From contig NW_003314268.1 of assembly GCF_000143415.4 (NCBI RefSeq), positions 2,186,494 to 2,250,493 on the forward strand: DNA of 64,000 nucleotides. Direction: 5' to 3'. Source of the DNA: Selaginella moellendorffii. Its lineage: Eukaryota > Plantae > Lycopodiophyta. The position numbers and the translations under genes are program-made. Every line of letters starts with the position of its first letter. The stretch's first letter is position 1. The notes below the pieces were generated by a model. It was not told the origin of the DNA. It worked only from the letters and a program-made list of their open reading frames with translations, and made no database searches. This document shows, piece after piece, positions 10,912 through 23,155 of the stretch.

Positions 10912-12688
10912 CTTAAGTCCAGTCTAATCTGGGGAGGGGGATTGGGAGAGATTTGGGAATCCGTGGATGGAAGGCTAACGCTCTGTTGCTCATGCAGTGA
11001 GTAGCTAAAACTAAGTAGGACCAAGGAGGAGCTGGTACAATAGGCGGGAACCTTGGTGAGGGAACTTAGCACAAGCCAAGGCAGTGTTGGTCAGATAGAC
11101 GAGGTAAGCTGGCAAATTGGAAAGGAAAAATTTGTGGCTTACACTTAAGTCTAATTCAAGACTTGGGACTTGCTAGCCCCAAGAATGGCATCTATGCCAC
11201 TCATCCCTTGCACTTGGTCCAAGTGCTCCACGTGTCCGGTCCCAAGACCAACACCCAAAGGTACCATTGACATATCGGCCCATTATGCTAAGGCCATACC
11301 CATTCACCTTTGCCGCACTAGTGATCCAATACCACTTGCATCACAATCCCGTCTCTCCAAGACTGGGCCATCCGTACACGAGTGGTCATCCCAGATCCAC
11401 TCCTTAGCATCCTTAGGATGCCCACAGACATAGGGAATAACCTTCCCCAAAATCCCTTTGTCAGTTCCTACCAAGTCCCTTTTCCATCCATGGCCATGTT
11501 TGCCAACACTACCACTAGATCAAAGCCTGCAGGCCCGGCCACTGAGTTCCATTGTCCTCTGGGACTTCCTCATCATGTGACTGTATCCTTAGTCACTACA
11601 CTAGAGGGTTGCTCCTCCTCCTTTCCCCCATTTGGGACTTTGGGACAACATTTCGGAACACCGTGGCCCTACGCGAGCCCCGTGGGTACTCTCCCCACCT
11701 TCCACCCTTAGGTGCTCTAGCTATGGGCTTAGAGCGAGGTTCCGTTAAGCCACACAAGGTATCCAAGTAGGTAGTGCCACCCACACTTGGACTAGGAGCA
11801 TCGGCCATTCAATCTCCCGGGGGAGCTAGAGCCGGCTCTTGAACACTTCACCAAGCTACTCTGCTTGACAGTCCGTATTCACTCTAGCCTTGAACCTCCC
11901 AATGGTTATCCTGTCACCCAACACCTGGGTACAACCTTCCTGGGCCAAACTGGCTCCACTAGAGTCCTCCCCCTACTATACTTTTGGAGCTCACCAAACC
12001 CCCCAAGGTCTGGGAGACAAACGCTTTGGGCTTTCACCCTCAGACTCAAACTCGAACTCGGACTCAGACTTGGACTCGGACTTGGCCTCGGACTCGGCCT
12101 CGGTCTCGGTCTCGGTCCCGGTCTCGGTCTCGTCTTGGTCCCTGTCCCGGTCCCAGTCCCGGTCTCGGTCTCGGTCTCGGTCTTGACTTCAGACTCCGTC
12201 TTGGGTCCTTCTCAGACTCCATCTTGGATTCCATCTCGGGTCCATCTCAAACTCCATCTTGGGTCCATCTCGGACTCCATCTCAAACTCCATCTTGGTCC
12301 ATCTCAGACTCTATCTCGGGTCCATCTCGGACTCCATCTTGGGTCCATCTCGGACTCCATCTTGGACTCCATCTCGGGTCCACCTCGGACTCCATTTTGG
12401 GTCCATCTCAGGTCCATCTCGGACTTCATCTCGGACTCCATCTCGGGTCCATCTCGAGCTCCATCTCGAACTCCATCTCGAGTCCATCTCGGTCCATCTC
12501 GGACTCTTTTATTGCCCAATTCATGCTCGTTCCTTGAGCACTCCGATGGGAGCTCCACTCCCGCTTTTAACCTTTCATGTCGGAGCCTTTTAGTCCAAAC
12601 GTGTTACGCTCGCTTGGCTTTCGCTTTGGCCACTACCACGTGGCATCCTTTCGGCTCCACTTTGCGGCTTAGGGATTTGTGTCTCACA

Positions 12689-15525
12689 CTTGCCTTCACA
12701 AGACACAAACACTAAACTCATGTCCTCAAGTTATATACTTGTTCAACATGAACGTAACATCCCAAGTACGAGATATAGGTTCATGGACAAGTATGATCTA
12801 AATGACTACTTGAATCCAACTTAGCCGCAATAAGCTCACCAACATGTTTAGCCATTAGCTCTTAGCATGCCTTGAAGAGGCTAACTTGCATGATCAATAC
12901 TTAGTCAAAACTAAAGTGAAGACCATGAGATAGACTCATATTGGTACACAACCTCCTCATAGACAAAGCTATAGCACGAGTACCAACATCTCAATTACAA
13001 ATAATTAAGTTGAACATCATTATCCTCAGCCAAGGTGCAAGGCTACCAAGACCAAGTTAAGATCAGTGAGAGCTCACTACTCTCATAGAGTTTTAGCGAA
13101 ATGCAAGGTGCAATCTGCCACTAAGTAGAACGCTATAAAAGAAAGGCACAAGGGTCACCTTTCTTAGAAAAAGTGCAATGGCCATTTTTCTACACCAACT
13201 CCAGACTCTATCCAACTCAATTGCCTTAACCCCAAAAGTTAACATCCTTTTTGGGTTGCATCATACAAATTACCTACTAAGGTCTAAGCTAACCGAAGTT
13301 AACTCCAACCCTTTCACTAGTTTGTACTAGTTTATGAAAACATAATGGTTTTCGAGCAAAGTGATCAAGAGATCAGCCATTGGAAAAGTCTAAGAAATTT
13401 TGTGGAAAATTTTCCATCCTAGAGAAAGAATGACTCTCAGTCTAAGAATACAAATTCTTAATACTCAACCAACTTCCACAACTTCATATAAATTCACCTC
13501 AACACAAATTCTCATGACTTAATAGCATGCTTAAACATCAAATATCATGCCCATATTACCGACATCCAACATCAACATCCGCAAAATGCAAAGTGAACAT
13601 CCAAGGCTTAATCACAAAGACCACATCTTTGGATATCCACATTGCACTAACACTTTTTTTCAACCACTTTTAAGATCCATTGTGAAGCCAAAACATTAAC
13701 AAGAAAAATGATATGGAAAATCAAGTTCTAGGGAAAAATTCCTCATCACTCAAAATGATAATGCCACTTCCACTAACATAAATGCTAATGATAGCAATAC
13801 CTCAACTACACACTTTCTCCATCTAATAATCTACTCTAAGTGCTAACAGATCAATTGACAAGCCATAGCAAGTGAATGCTATAACCTTTTCCAACACCTC
13901 AATAGGCAAACTCAAGGACATAAGATACCAACTTAAGCTTAGTATATCATAAATCACTATTGCGAATTTAGTCAAAACTACTACAATGCTACTACGTGCA
14001 AGTAGACTAGCTTCACTATCAACCACTTTAGGGTTGATCATTGTTTAACCAAGCAACTTCGTAAACACATTGCTTATTATCATATAAATATGATATAAGT
14101 ATCACAATGACTTGATCATCAATTGAGCAACACCACGAGTAATGCCCATGTCACTACTACAAAGGTTTATATGAGTATCAAGTGTCAACTCGACTCAACA
14201 AAATGCAACATAAATGCCACACCCTATCGATAGAGATTTATAACACTTAACACCACTAACTTTTGTTCACCTCTACCCAAGGAACTAATGTGAAGTCTTA
14301 GCACCCAAACATATACTCACTCGGATCATCGTTTTCATCTCTACATATGCAATGAGACTAGTTGCCCAATTTCATTGGATAGTACTCACCGTGACGTATC
14401 TTCTAATACCAAATGTAGCGCACATGGTTTTGACACTTTATCCTATGGTGATTTACCATAGGATAACACCACGAAGCAAAACCTAAACCCTCTTTATGCC
14501 ATGTGACACATGCCACGTGTCCAAGGACAGTGGTGCGGAACCCGAGTTTCAAGGCCTTGGGCAAGGTACGGAGCCAAACTCCTAAGCATAGAGCCAAGGA
14601 GTGGTGGAACGGAACCACGAAGCAACTCTCGAGCATACAACCCAAGGAGCGAAGGGATAGGAGCATAGAGTGACTTGGAACAGTCCTAGAGCAACCAGTA
14701 TCCCAATGCTAGGACTAGCACGCAAAACGGAGCTAAACAGAGTTTAGCATTATTTCGGCATACCGGTGGCCTAACGCAAGTATATGGGTACTCCACCAGC
14801 TAGCATGGTGTGGAACTTGGGCTTAGACCCAAGCCGAACGCAAAACAAAGACATGCAAGCGGGAGCTAGATTATACCTCAGGTTGGTCGGCCATGCCTGA
14901 CCTATACACTATCTATACTATACATTTGGAACCCCCTATAGCCCCCTCCCTTGAGGAACATATGCTTTGGGCTTTCACCCCAAGCCTCCCTTACTACCAG
15001 AAGTTAATCTCTGGGACAAGCTTGAAACACCCTCACTATCATGTCCCTAGATTGTGGATTTGGACACGAGATGAACACCATTGTGTTCAAGACAATCTCT
15101 ACATTCCTTAAATATGCCAAATGAGCAAATCTGGACATTTTTTATAAATAGCATTTAAGACCGAATGGTATTAACACAAAAGGCATGATAGTGAGGGTGT
15201 TTGGTAAACACGGTAAGCTATCATCTAGAGAATATTAAGGGACCAATCTCAATATCCCAGGGGTTCTTGATACTAACAAGTGCAAGCTAATGACATAAGT
15301 TTCTCAAACTAGGCTGAGTATGCTCAGCAAGAAACACATATGGTTCCTACCTTATGTTTATCCAATCTAAGTCCATGTTCATTAACAAGTTTCTCAACTA
15401 GCTCAAGTGGGAACTAATAACGGGTCTAGCAATACCGATCTTCTGCCGTCGTGGCAATAAGGAAAGAGTGTCCGTAAGGACTAGTCAATAAGTAACTTTT
15501 GATACCTGAAGTCATATTCGCTACA
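12689..15525 (-). mobile_element. 5' part of a second LTR retroelement family (B): 5' LTR 14414-15525, PBS and non-coding internal remnant
   Basis: LTR bounded by inverted termini TGTAGCG...CGCTACA. PBS-like TGGTATTAGA on the minus strand at 14402-14411. Shared LTR motif at about 14912-14982. Family-A sequence resumes at 15526. Confidence 0.75.
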
Positions 15526-18500
15526 CACCTTTTTTGAAGTCAACACCTTCAATTAGGGTTTTTATTCCCCCCGACTTACCAATCTCGTTTAACATGTCAC
15601 CTGACTAATGTAACATGGTTTCATGCGTAAGCGTGAAAGTCCTTAACCATCGACTTTTGTTCAAAACCATCTCTTTAAACACTCAAGGACTACTTCCCCA
15701 CTTTGATAGCCTTGCTTCATGGCAAATTTCAAGACTATGCTTTTGTTGCACCATTTTGATTTCGCACATTTTATGAACCAATTACATTTGTCTTTCTAGG
15801 TATTAAACTCCCTAGAATTATCTTTGGGAACCTCGAAGGGACTTTGTCCCTTAGCTTGCTAATGCTTCTCCTTTTGTAAGCTATGTAATTATCATATGGT
15901 TTAATATGGATAATTTCATACTTTAAACTCTCCATAGCATTATAATTGGTAATAGCAATATGTTCGAGCACCCATTTGATTTTCCACTCTTAACTTGCAT
16001 AACCACATTTGGTTATACCCTTTGATTCCTATGATTTGGTTTTATCCCTTTACTACTTTGCTTTTTTGCCTTTTGTGTTCCCTTAGTTATTCTCCCCCCA
16101 ACTAAGAGGTTAGTTTTGCACTCTCTACCATGCTTTAGCAAGTATTTTTAAGGATAAACCTACTCAACAACTTAGAGAGTGGTTCTTCAATCTGGATATA
16201 CTTATCGTGTAATCCCACATACCGAGATTAATATCATTACGCATGGGCCTCTTTATACTTATTGCTAGCCATGCTAAAATCCCTTTTTAGCTTTGTCCAA
16301 TTCGGATAGATAAACTTCTCCCATCTTTGCAACTTTGGATATTGGATAACATATTTTATCCATTATTCAATAAAAATTTAGTCCCTTGGGCCTTATCTAA
16401 TGCCTTTATGATACCAAACACCACTTCTTGGTGTTTTAGAGTGTTTATGTATCCCAATAATGACCTTCTTTAACAATAAACATTTCCTTTTATGACATTA
16501 ACTTATTATATCTCAATTTAAGCAATTAGTCTCTTGTAGGGTATATTTAAACTCCTTAGCACAATAAGAAGTCTTGGGTAATTAACTTTTACCCATCCAA
16601 TCAATTATTTTGCACCTTTTGCTTAGTTGCCTCATAGTTATTAAATCTTATAACTTATTGTTGGTGTTTCCACAACTCCCTCATTATTTAAGTCACCACA
16701 CTATAATTGTATGCTTTCTAACTTAAGCTATGGTATTCCCATTTTCATTGGGATTCCTTTGGCAATTTATAAACCCACTAACTTGATCTTAAGGCATCAC
16801 ACTTTAACACATTTGGTGTCTTCACACCATCAGCTCTATGAGCTTACTCTTATGACACTTTCCACTTGTGTTTAAGTCTTTGTTAAAACTAAAGTAGTTA
16901 TTTCTCATACTAACTATTAGTTAGCACTACACTATGGTGTTCACACACAACTCTGTGCAAAAGTTGCTTTCTTCCGGAAACACCTTTCTCACGACTTTAT
17001 ATGGCACATTCCGCCATCAATGAGATACACTCTATTCTCACACTTGGATCTTATGATCCTCCCCATCTTTCATAGGATACAACACACCTCAATCCAAATG
17101 CTTCTACCAATCCTCTAGGACCATTCCTTGATTCCACTTGAGTTATCCAGCTTTTTGGACTTTGTTAATTCGATGACCCATAAGGTCCTACCTCTTGGCT
17201 ATTTTGAGGTGCCAGTTCACTAGAATACATTTTTTTGTATCCATGTCCTACTCCCAAGAACCATCTTTGCAAGTGTTACTCTGACACTTGATCATTTTCT
17301 GTTTCCTATGAGCTACCTTTGCCCCTTAGGACTATCCATCCATATGATGAGAATACCAACTCATCCTCTCAGTATACCCCAAACTTTTTAGATTTGTTCC
17401 AGCATTTATAAAAGGTAACCCCGGTTACCATTTCAAGGACTCATATCCTCATCTGTATTTAACCTCCTATGATCATTAATTCTGGTATCAAATTCATGAG
17501 CACAAATCTCAATTATATGAAGATAATCTTATGACTCCTTTATTATTTTGGAATCTCTTTCCCGTGATCCCAATTATAGTTTTTTACCACAATTACATTA
17601 TCCAATTTACTAAGTTCAATGCTCATTTGGGTCACATCCTTAACTCTCTAAGGAAAACCTTATACTATTCCCAAGATCCCAAAGTCATTCATTTATTGGC
17701 CCTTTTTTATCCACCACATTGCTTACAAGTTCATACATAAATTGTAGTGGATAGCCATGTCCTCCTGACTTGCTACTCCTCAAGGATAGGCCCACTCCTA
17801 GAACTTTCCGATGCCAACACAAGTGATGATATACTTAACCACCAATAAAAGTCAGACTAATGAACAGCTTCAATACCAAATTGTAAGCGACTAAATATTT
17901 TAATCACTTAACCACACCTCTAACCACTTGAAGGAGTCTTCACTCATAACCCTTATAAGTCCTACTCCAGATTTAGGGGCTTTCTAGCCCTGGCATCCCG
18001 ACGCCGGCCGCCGCACCTGAATGGCATCTATGCCACTTAGTCTTTGCACTTAGTTCAAGTGCTCCACATATCCGATCCTATGATTGACACCCAAAGGTAC
18101 CATTAACATATTGGCCTGTTATTCTAAGGCCATGCTCATTCACCCTTATCACATTAGTAGTCCAAAACTATCACAGTCTTGTTTTTCAAAGACTGTGTCA
18201 TCTGTCCATGAGTGGTCATCCCTTGACCACACTTTAGCACCCTTAGGATGCCCATAGACATGAGGAACCCCCTTCCCCAATGTCCTTTTTTCCATCCCCA
18301 CCAAGTCCCTCTTCATCCATGGCTATGCTCACCAACATTGCTACTAGGTCAAGGCCCAAAGGCTTGACCACTAAGTCCCACTGTTCTTGGGACTTCTTCA
18401 TTCTGTAATCATATCCTTGGTCACTACACTAGAGGATTGCTCCTCTTCCTTTCCACAGTTTGGGGCTTTGGGATGACATTTCAAAACACCAGGGCCCTAT

Positions 18501-19100
18501 GCTAGCCTTGTGGGACTCTCCCTACCTTTTGCCTTTAGGTGCTTTAGCCATATGGCTAGAGCAAGGTTTTGATGAGCCACGCTAGGTATCCAAATAGGTA
18601 GTGCCACCCACACTTGGATTGGGAGCATCGACCATTTGATCTCTAGAGGGAGCTAGAGTTAGCTCTTGAACACTTCACCAAGCTACCCCATTTATTTGTT
18701 TATATTCACTCTAGCCTTGGGCTCTTTAGTGGTTATATCATCACCTACTATATAGGTATAGCTTTTCTTGGTTACACTGGCCTTTTCTAGCTAAATTGGC
18801 TTCACTAAACTCCTCCCCCTACTATATTTTTGGAGTTCACCAAACCCCTTAGGGTCTGGGAGATGAACGCTTTGGGCTTTCACCTTCGGACTGAGACTCG
18901 GACTCGGACTTAAACTCGGACTCAGACTCAGACTCAAACTTGGACTCGGACTCAGACTCAGGCTCAGATTTGGGCTCAGTCTTAGTCTCAATGTTAGTCT
19001 CGGCCTCAGCCTCGGTCTAGGTCTTGGTCTCAGTCTCGGTCTTGGCCTTGACATCGGACTCCATCTCGGGTCCTTGGACTCTATCTCGAGTCCATCTTGA
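15526..19100 (-). mobile_element. Oldest, most decayed family A copy (A3): internal region, PBS and truncated 5' LTR
   Basis: Collinear with 66-2480 and 11150-12300. Degenerate PBS at 17867-17878; LTR from 17882, broken off inside the minisatellite; many C>T and G>A changes. Confidence 0.88.
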
Positions 19101-22100
19101 GTGACATTGTTCTACATGTAGATGTTGGATATGAGGAGCTGGTGCTCATAGGATTGAGGGTGTATTGGACTTTTGTTTTATAGTGCAACAGACTTAGAGT
19201 TCAACTTTAAATTTAAATATGCTACATTCCTTATCACTAACCCTTGTTGCATTTTTTCCCCACCATTTCAATTCTCTTCACACTTGCCTTTTCTCTATGA
19301 TTTTTCACTGTTATAAGTGATTTCTTTGCACTACCATAAACTTCCTCACTACTTTTTTACTTCCCCTCTTAGAAAAAGAAAAAAGTGTTTATTAAATTGA
19401 TAAGTCTAAGTTATATAATGGGGTTCTAAACCAACATGTATTTCTTTCACACTAGTTATCTTATTTCCCACATTTTTCTTTTCCCTCTATTAATATATTG
19501 ATGTAAATCTTAAATTTCTAAACCTCTCCTCAATTAAAACTCCAACCCATACCTGTATTATTGCACAATACCATATGTTAGCAACTTCTTATAAGCTCCT
19601 AAATTTAAAATTCCCAAAAGGTTCTAATATTATTCAAACCCAAAGACGTTTAACCCCAAATATCCTATAATGATTGGGGTGCACTATTATTTATGGGCCC
19701 TTTCCTTTTATATTTGAACCTTTATAAATTGTCTCTTAAATTGTTCCCTTTGGTTGTTTATTCTTGTTTTTAGATTTATTACTTATGAAGAGTCCTTACT
19801 TATTGCCCTCCTTCCTATATTCTTCCCTAATTTTCCCTACTATTGTTATTGCTCATTTTTTTAATTCTAATCATGTCTTTCCATAGTTTACCCACACTTC
19901 CACCTTTCTAGATTCTACTTAATTTGCAGTAGCTAATCTAAGATTATCAATTAAGCATCATATAAGTGTTGTATCATTATTTCCCATATTTTTCTCCTTT
20001 GGCTATGTATTTCCATTTTTCACTATTAATTCATCCCTAAAGAATTGCATCTTCATTATTGATGTTAATGGTTTTTTTTCATTTAAACATTTCAATCTCA
20101 ATCTGAATTTTCTATTGCCTACACTATTTACCTTCTCAATTTTAGTAGCCCTAGCCCCCCCAATCTTGCATACTCTTAACAATTTCTCCTGTTTAAAACT
20201 ATGATCTTTTTGCCCCAAGCCCAAATATTTTTCTTGAAATTTTAGGATGAATCAAGAGAAGGAATTATTGACATGTGGTGTTCTATTATAAGGTGGGCAA
20301 AAATATTAAAAACTAAAAGTATGACAAAGCTTTAAATGATGAGACACCAAGATATTTAAGATTTATATCAATATAATTTACATCATTGATAAAGGAAAAA
20401 ATAAATGTTGGAAAAGGTACAACTAGTGGGGAAGAGACACACACTCTAGAACCCCACTATATAACCTTGACTTTTTTATTTGATGAGTACTTTTTTTTTT
20501 CTCAAAACGGAATACAATAAAGTAGTGAAAAAGAATGTGTTAGTATAAAAAAATCATTCACAAAGATAAGAAATCAAACAAGGGCAATAAAAATAAAAGT
20601 GGTAGTGGAGAAAAAAGCAATAAAGTTTGTGGCTAAGAAATAATGATTCAGAGGGAAAAAAAGACAACAATTGAGGGTAAGATTTGCATAGATCAAAGCA
20701 AAACCAAACACATAAATTTGAGGTATATGGAAAAAGGTCAAATTCTATATTTATCTTTTCTAAAATCTAAAATAAATATATTTATACCAAAGTCAATAGC
20801 AATGATGAGTATTATAGAAGAACGAGTCATAGAGTTCATTTGACTAAACTCATTTTAAGGAAGTGTAAGTGGGAGATATTTCATTGGTGAATATGGAAAA
20901 TCAAGATTAAACAAAATTTAGAGAGGATGAAAGATTTCAAAAATTATTTAGCAAGTTTTGGGTAAAAGATTTGGTTAACTCTCCAACAAAAGGCAAATCA
21001 AAGATTGCAATAAAGGATAAAAGAAATGAATAATCTGAAAAAGAAGTGTGTAGATAGTATGGAAGTCTTCAGTCGAAAATAAAAGGAGGGTCAAACAAAA
21101 TTATTCTTTACAAAGGGGTCTTTAATGTTTTAAAATTTTTTAGGAAGAAAATGAGAGAAGAAATGAGCTAGATGGTAGAAGAGGAGTAAAAGGATTGATA
21201 AGAAAGAAAATAATGTTATAAATTGATAGAGAAAAATGTATGGCCAAACAAAAATAAAAAAAGACATACTAAAAAGTTGATGATTAAAGTTATAGTGGTC
21301 CGAGTTTATGAAAAACCAATTAGGTATAATGGGATAAAATTATTTATGGTTGATAAGAGCAAAAAATAGTGGCTAGACAAGATAAAGAGTAAAAATAAAG
21401 CCTTTTTATCAAAGTTAATCCTAGAAGAACAAGTCTAGAAATAAAAATATCATTAATAGGGAAACAAGGGTTAAAGACAATGTACCCAATTGTGATGTTT
21501 AAATATTCCAAAGTATCTATGTGTCAAGATGCACTAATAGTCCCATTTAGCTTATATGGGTCAAGATTGAAAAAATACTACCACTTAAAAAGCTGATAAA
21601 GATGCCATATTTGCCAACAAATGATATTCTTGAAGTGGATCTAGAAGAATTTATAAAAGAACTCAATAAGTTCCAAGCTAAGAGAGTAAAAGAAACAATT
21701 TATATAATCATTAAAAAGGTTGTACCAATAGGCTTTAGACTTCATATGTGTGGCATTAGCATATCATGACATGATAGTGATAGTGACATTAAAGGATATT
21801 AAATATTTGAGGGAGAAATATTATAATATTATGATCAAGGATGAAAGGGCATGGTATAAACTCTGTAGAGTGGATGCTTATGTATAGCTCAAGTTTTAAA
21901 TGTTCTTCCACACATTCTAAATAACTTTATGCCATAAAAAATTTAAAATGTTATTGAGTTACACAGGGTTGATGTGGCATTAGTGAAAGACAAGATCTTA
22001 GTGGCAATCTAAAAGTTATTTACAATACTCATTTGAATGGAAAAAATGCTAATTATAATAAAAGTTGATATATACCACTCACAAACCATATGTCTAAGTG

Positions 22101-22960
22101 GTATGAACCCCAAAGGACAATTCCCCCTTGCAAAGTCCTTTATCCTTGAGAGTGCAATTAAGATGTTTAATCTATAACATCATGAGGTATTTGTTCTAGG
22201 ATTGCCTCTTGTCTATTTTAGGATTGCTTATTATCTATTCTAGCATTGGAGGTGGACCATGCAATTCCTCTCCTTTCTCTTCCTTAAACTTTCTTTTTAT
22301 TAGCTTTTATTCTTTTACACATGATAATCTCAACTTCTCATGTTTTACCATTATCATTTGTTCTTCCCCATCTTCCTTTTTAGCTTTAATTTATGGATTG
22401 TTGCAATGCTTCATATAACTTTTATAGAGTATTAGAATTTGATCAGAGCTAAAAAAGAGAATTTGAGGAAACTATTGATATCAAAGTGGTAAAATTGTCA
22501 TAAGTTTGTCATCAAGAGAAGGGGAGATAACAAAAATGCTAAATAATAAAGAGGAAAAAAATGAATTTAGGTTAAGCACTCTAAATATAATTACCTAAAA
22601 TTATAGGGGTTCTGGAAACTAATCTAGTCAAATTCCAAACAAATTTAGAAACTTAGTTTGAGTATGGGTCTATGCTAATCAAGATGCCTATCCATGTGTA
22701 TAGTAGGTTTTGAGTTTAAATATTATGAATAAATATTTAGAGTTTGATTTCTGCCATAGATAATAGTGGTGTATATACTCCTTAGTAAATATAAAAAATA
22801 TATAAAATATATGATAGTTGTAAGAAAAATATAATTAACAATTTTATTTATTAAATTTATATTATTATATTTTTTTTCTTGCTTAAGTAAACCTAGATAA
22901 GGATAACAGTGGATATACTTAGAATATGCTTGGATATTCTAGGATATTCTACCATCTAAT

Positions 22961-22988
22961 GGTTTAGGGTTTAGGGTTTAGGGTTTAG
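22961..22988 (+). repeat. Interstitial telomere-type repeat (TTTAGGG)3+
   Basis: GG TTTAGGG TTTAGGG TTTAGGG TTTAG. Confidence 0.85.
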
Positions 22989-23155
22989 ATCTAGCTTTTG
23001 CATTGTCTAGATCTAGTTTTTCCCATTTCCTTTCTTTTGTTCTTTCCTTTCAGGATTTTGGTTTAGATCTAGCTTTTTGTATTGTCTAGATCTACCATTT
23101 CCTTCTAGCTTTTTGTCATTTCTCTTCTTTTGCTCTTTCTTTTTCATTCGTCTCC

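Larger units (their letters stand above)
2487..11143 (+). mobile_element. Solo LTR of a related family (C), about 1.1 kb, interrupted by the 3368-10911 element
   Basis: Flanked by CTTAA at 2482-2486 and 11144-11148, and host LTR A1 rejoins across it. Ends ...GGCTTACA; starts TATAAAG (probably a mutated TG). Carries a 12-bp repeat array and the shared GGGTGAAAGCCCAAAGC motif. Confidence 0.8.
1..12688 (-). mobile_element. Older copy (A1) of a non-autonomous LTR retrotransposon family; 5' LTR split by nested insertions, 3' part lies outside the window
   Basis: 1-2400 is a diverged reverse complement of 5084-7504. PBS TGGTATCAAAGC on the minus strand at 2386-2397. LTR = 2401-2486 plus 11149-12688, ending GTCTCACA (reverse complement of the TGTGAGAC start of the 3368 LTR). 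Confidence 0.9.
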
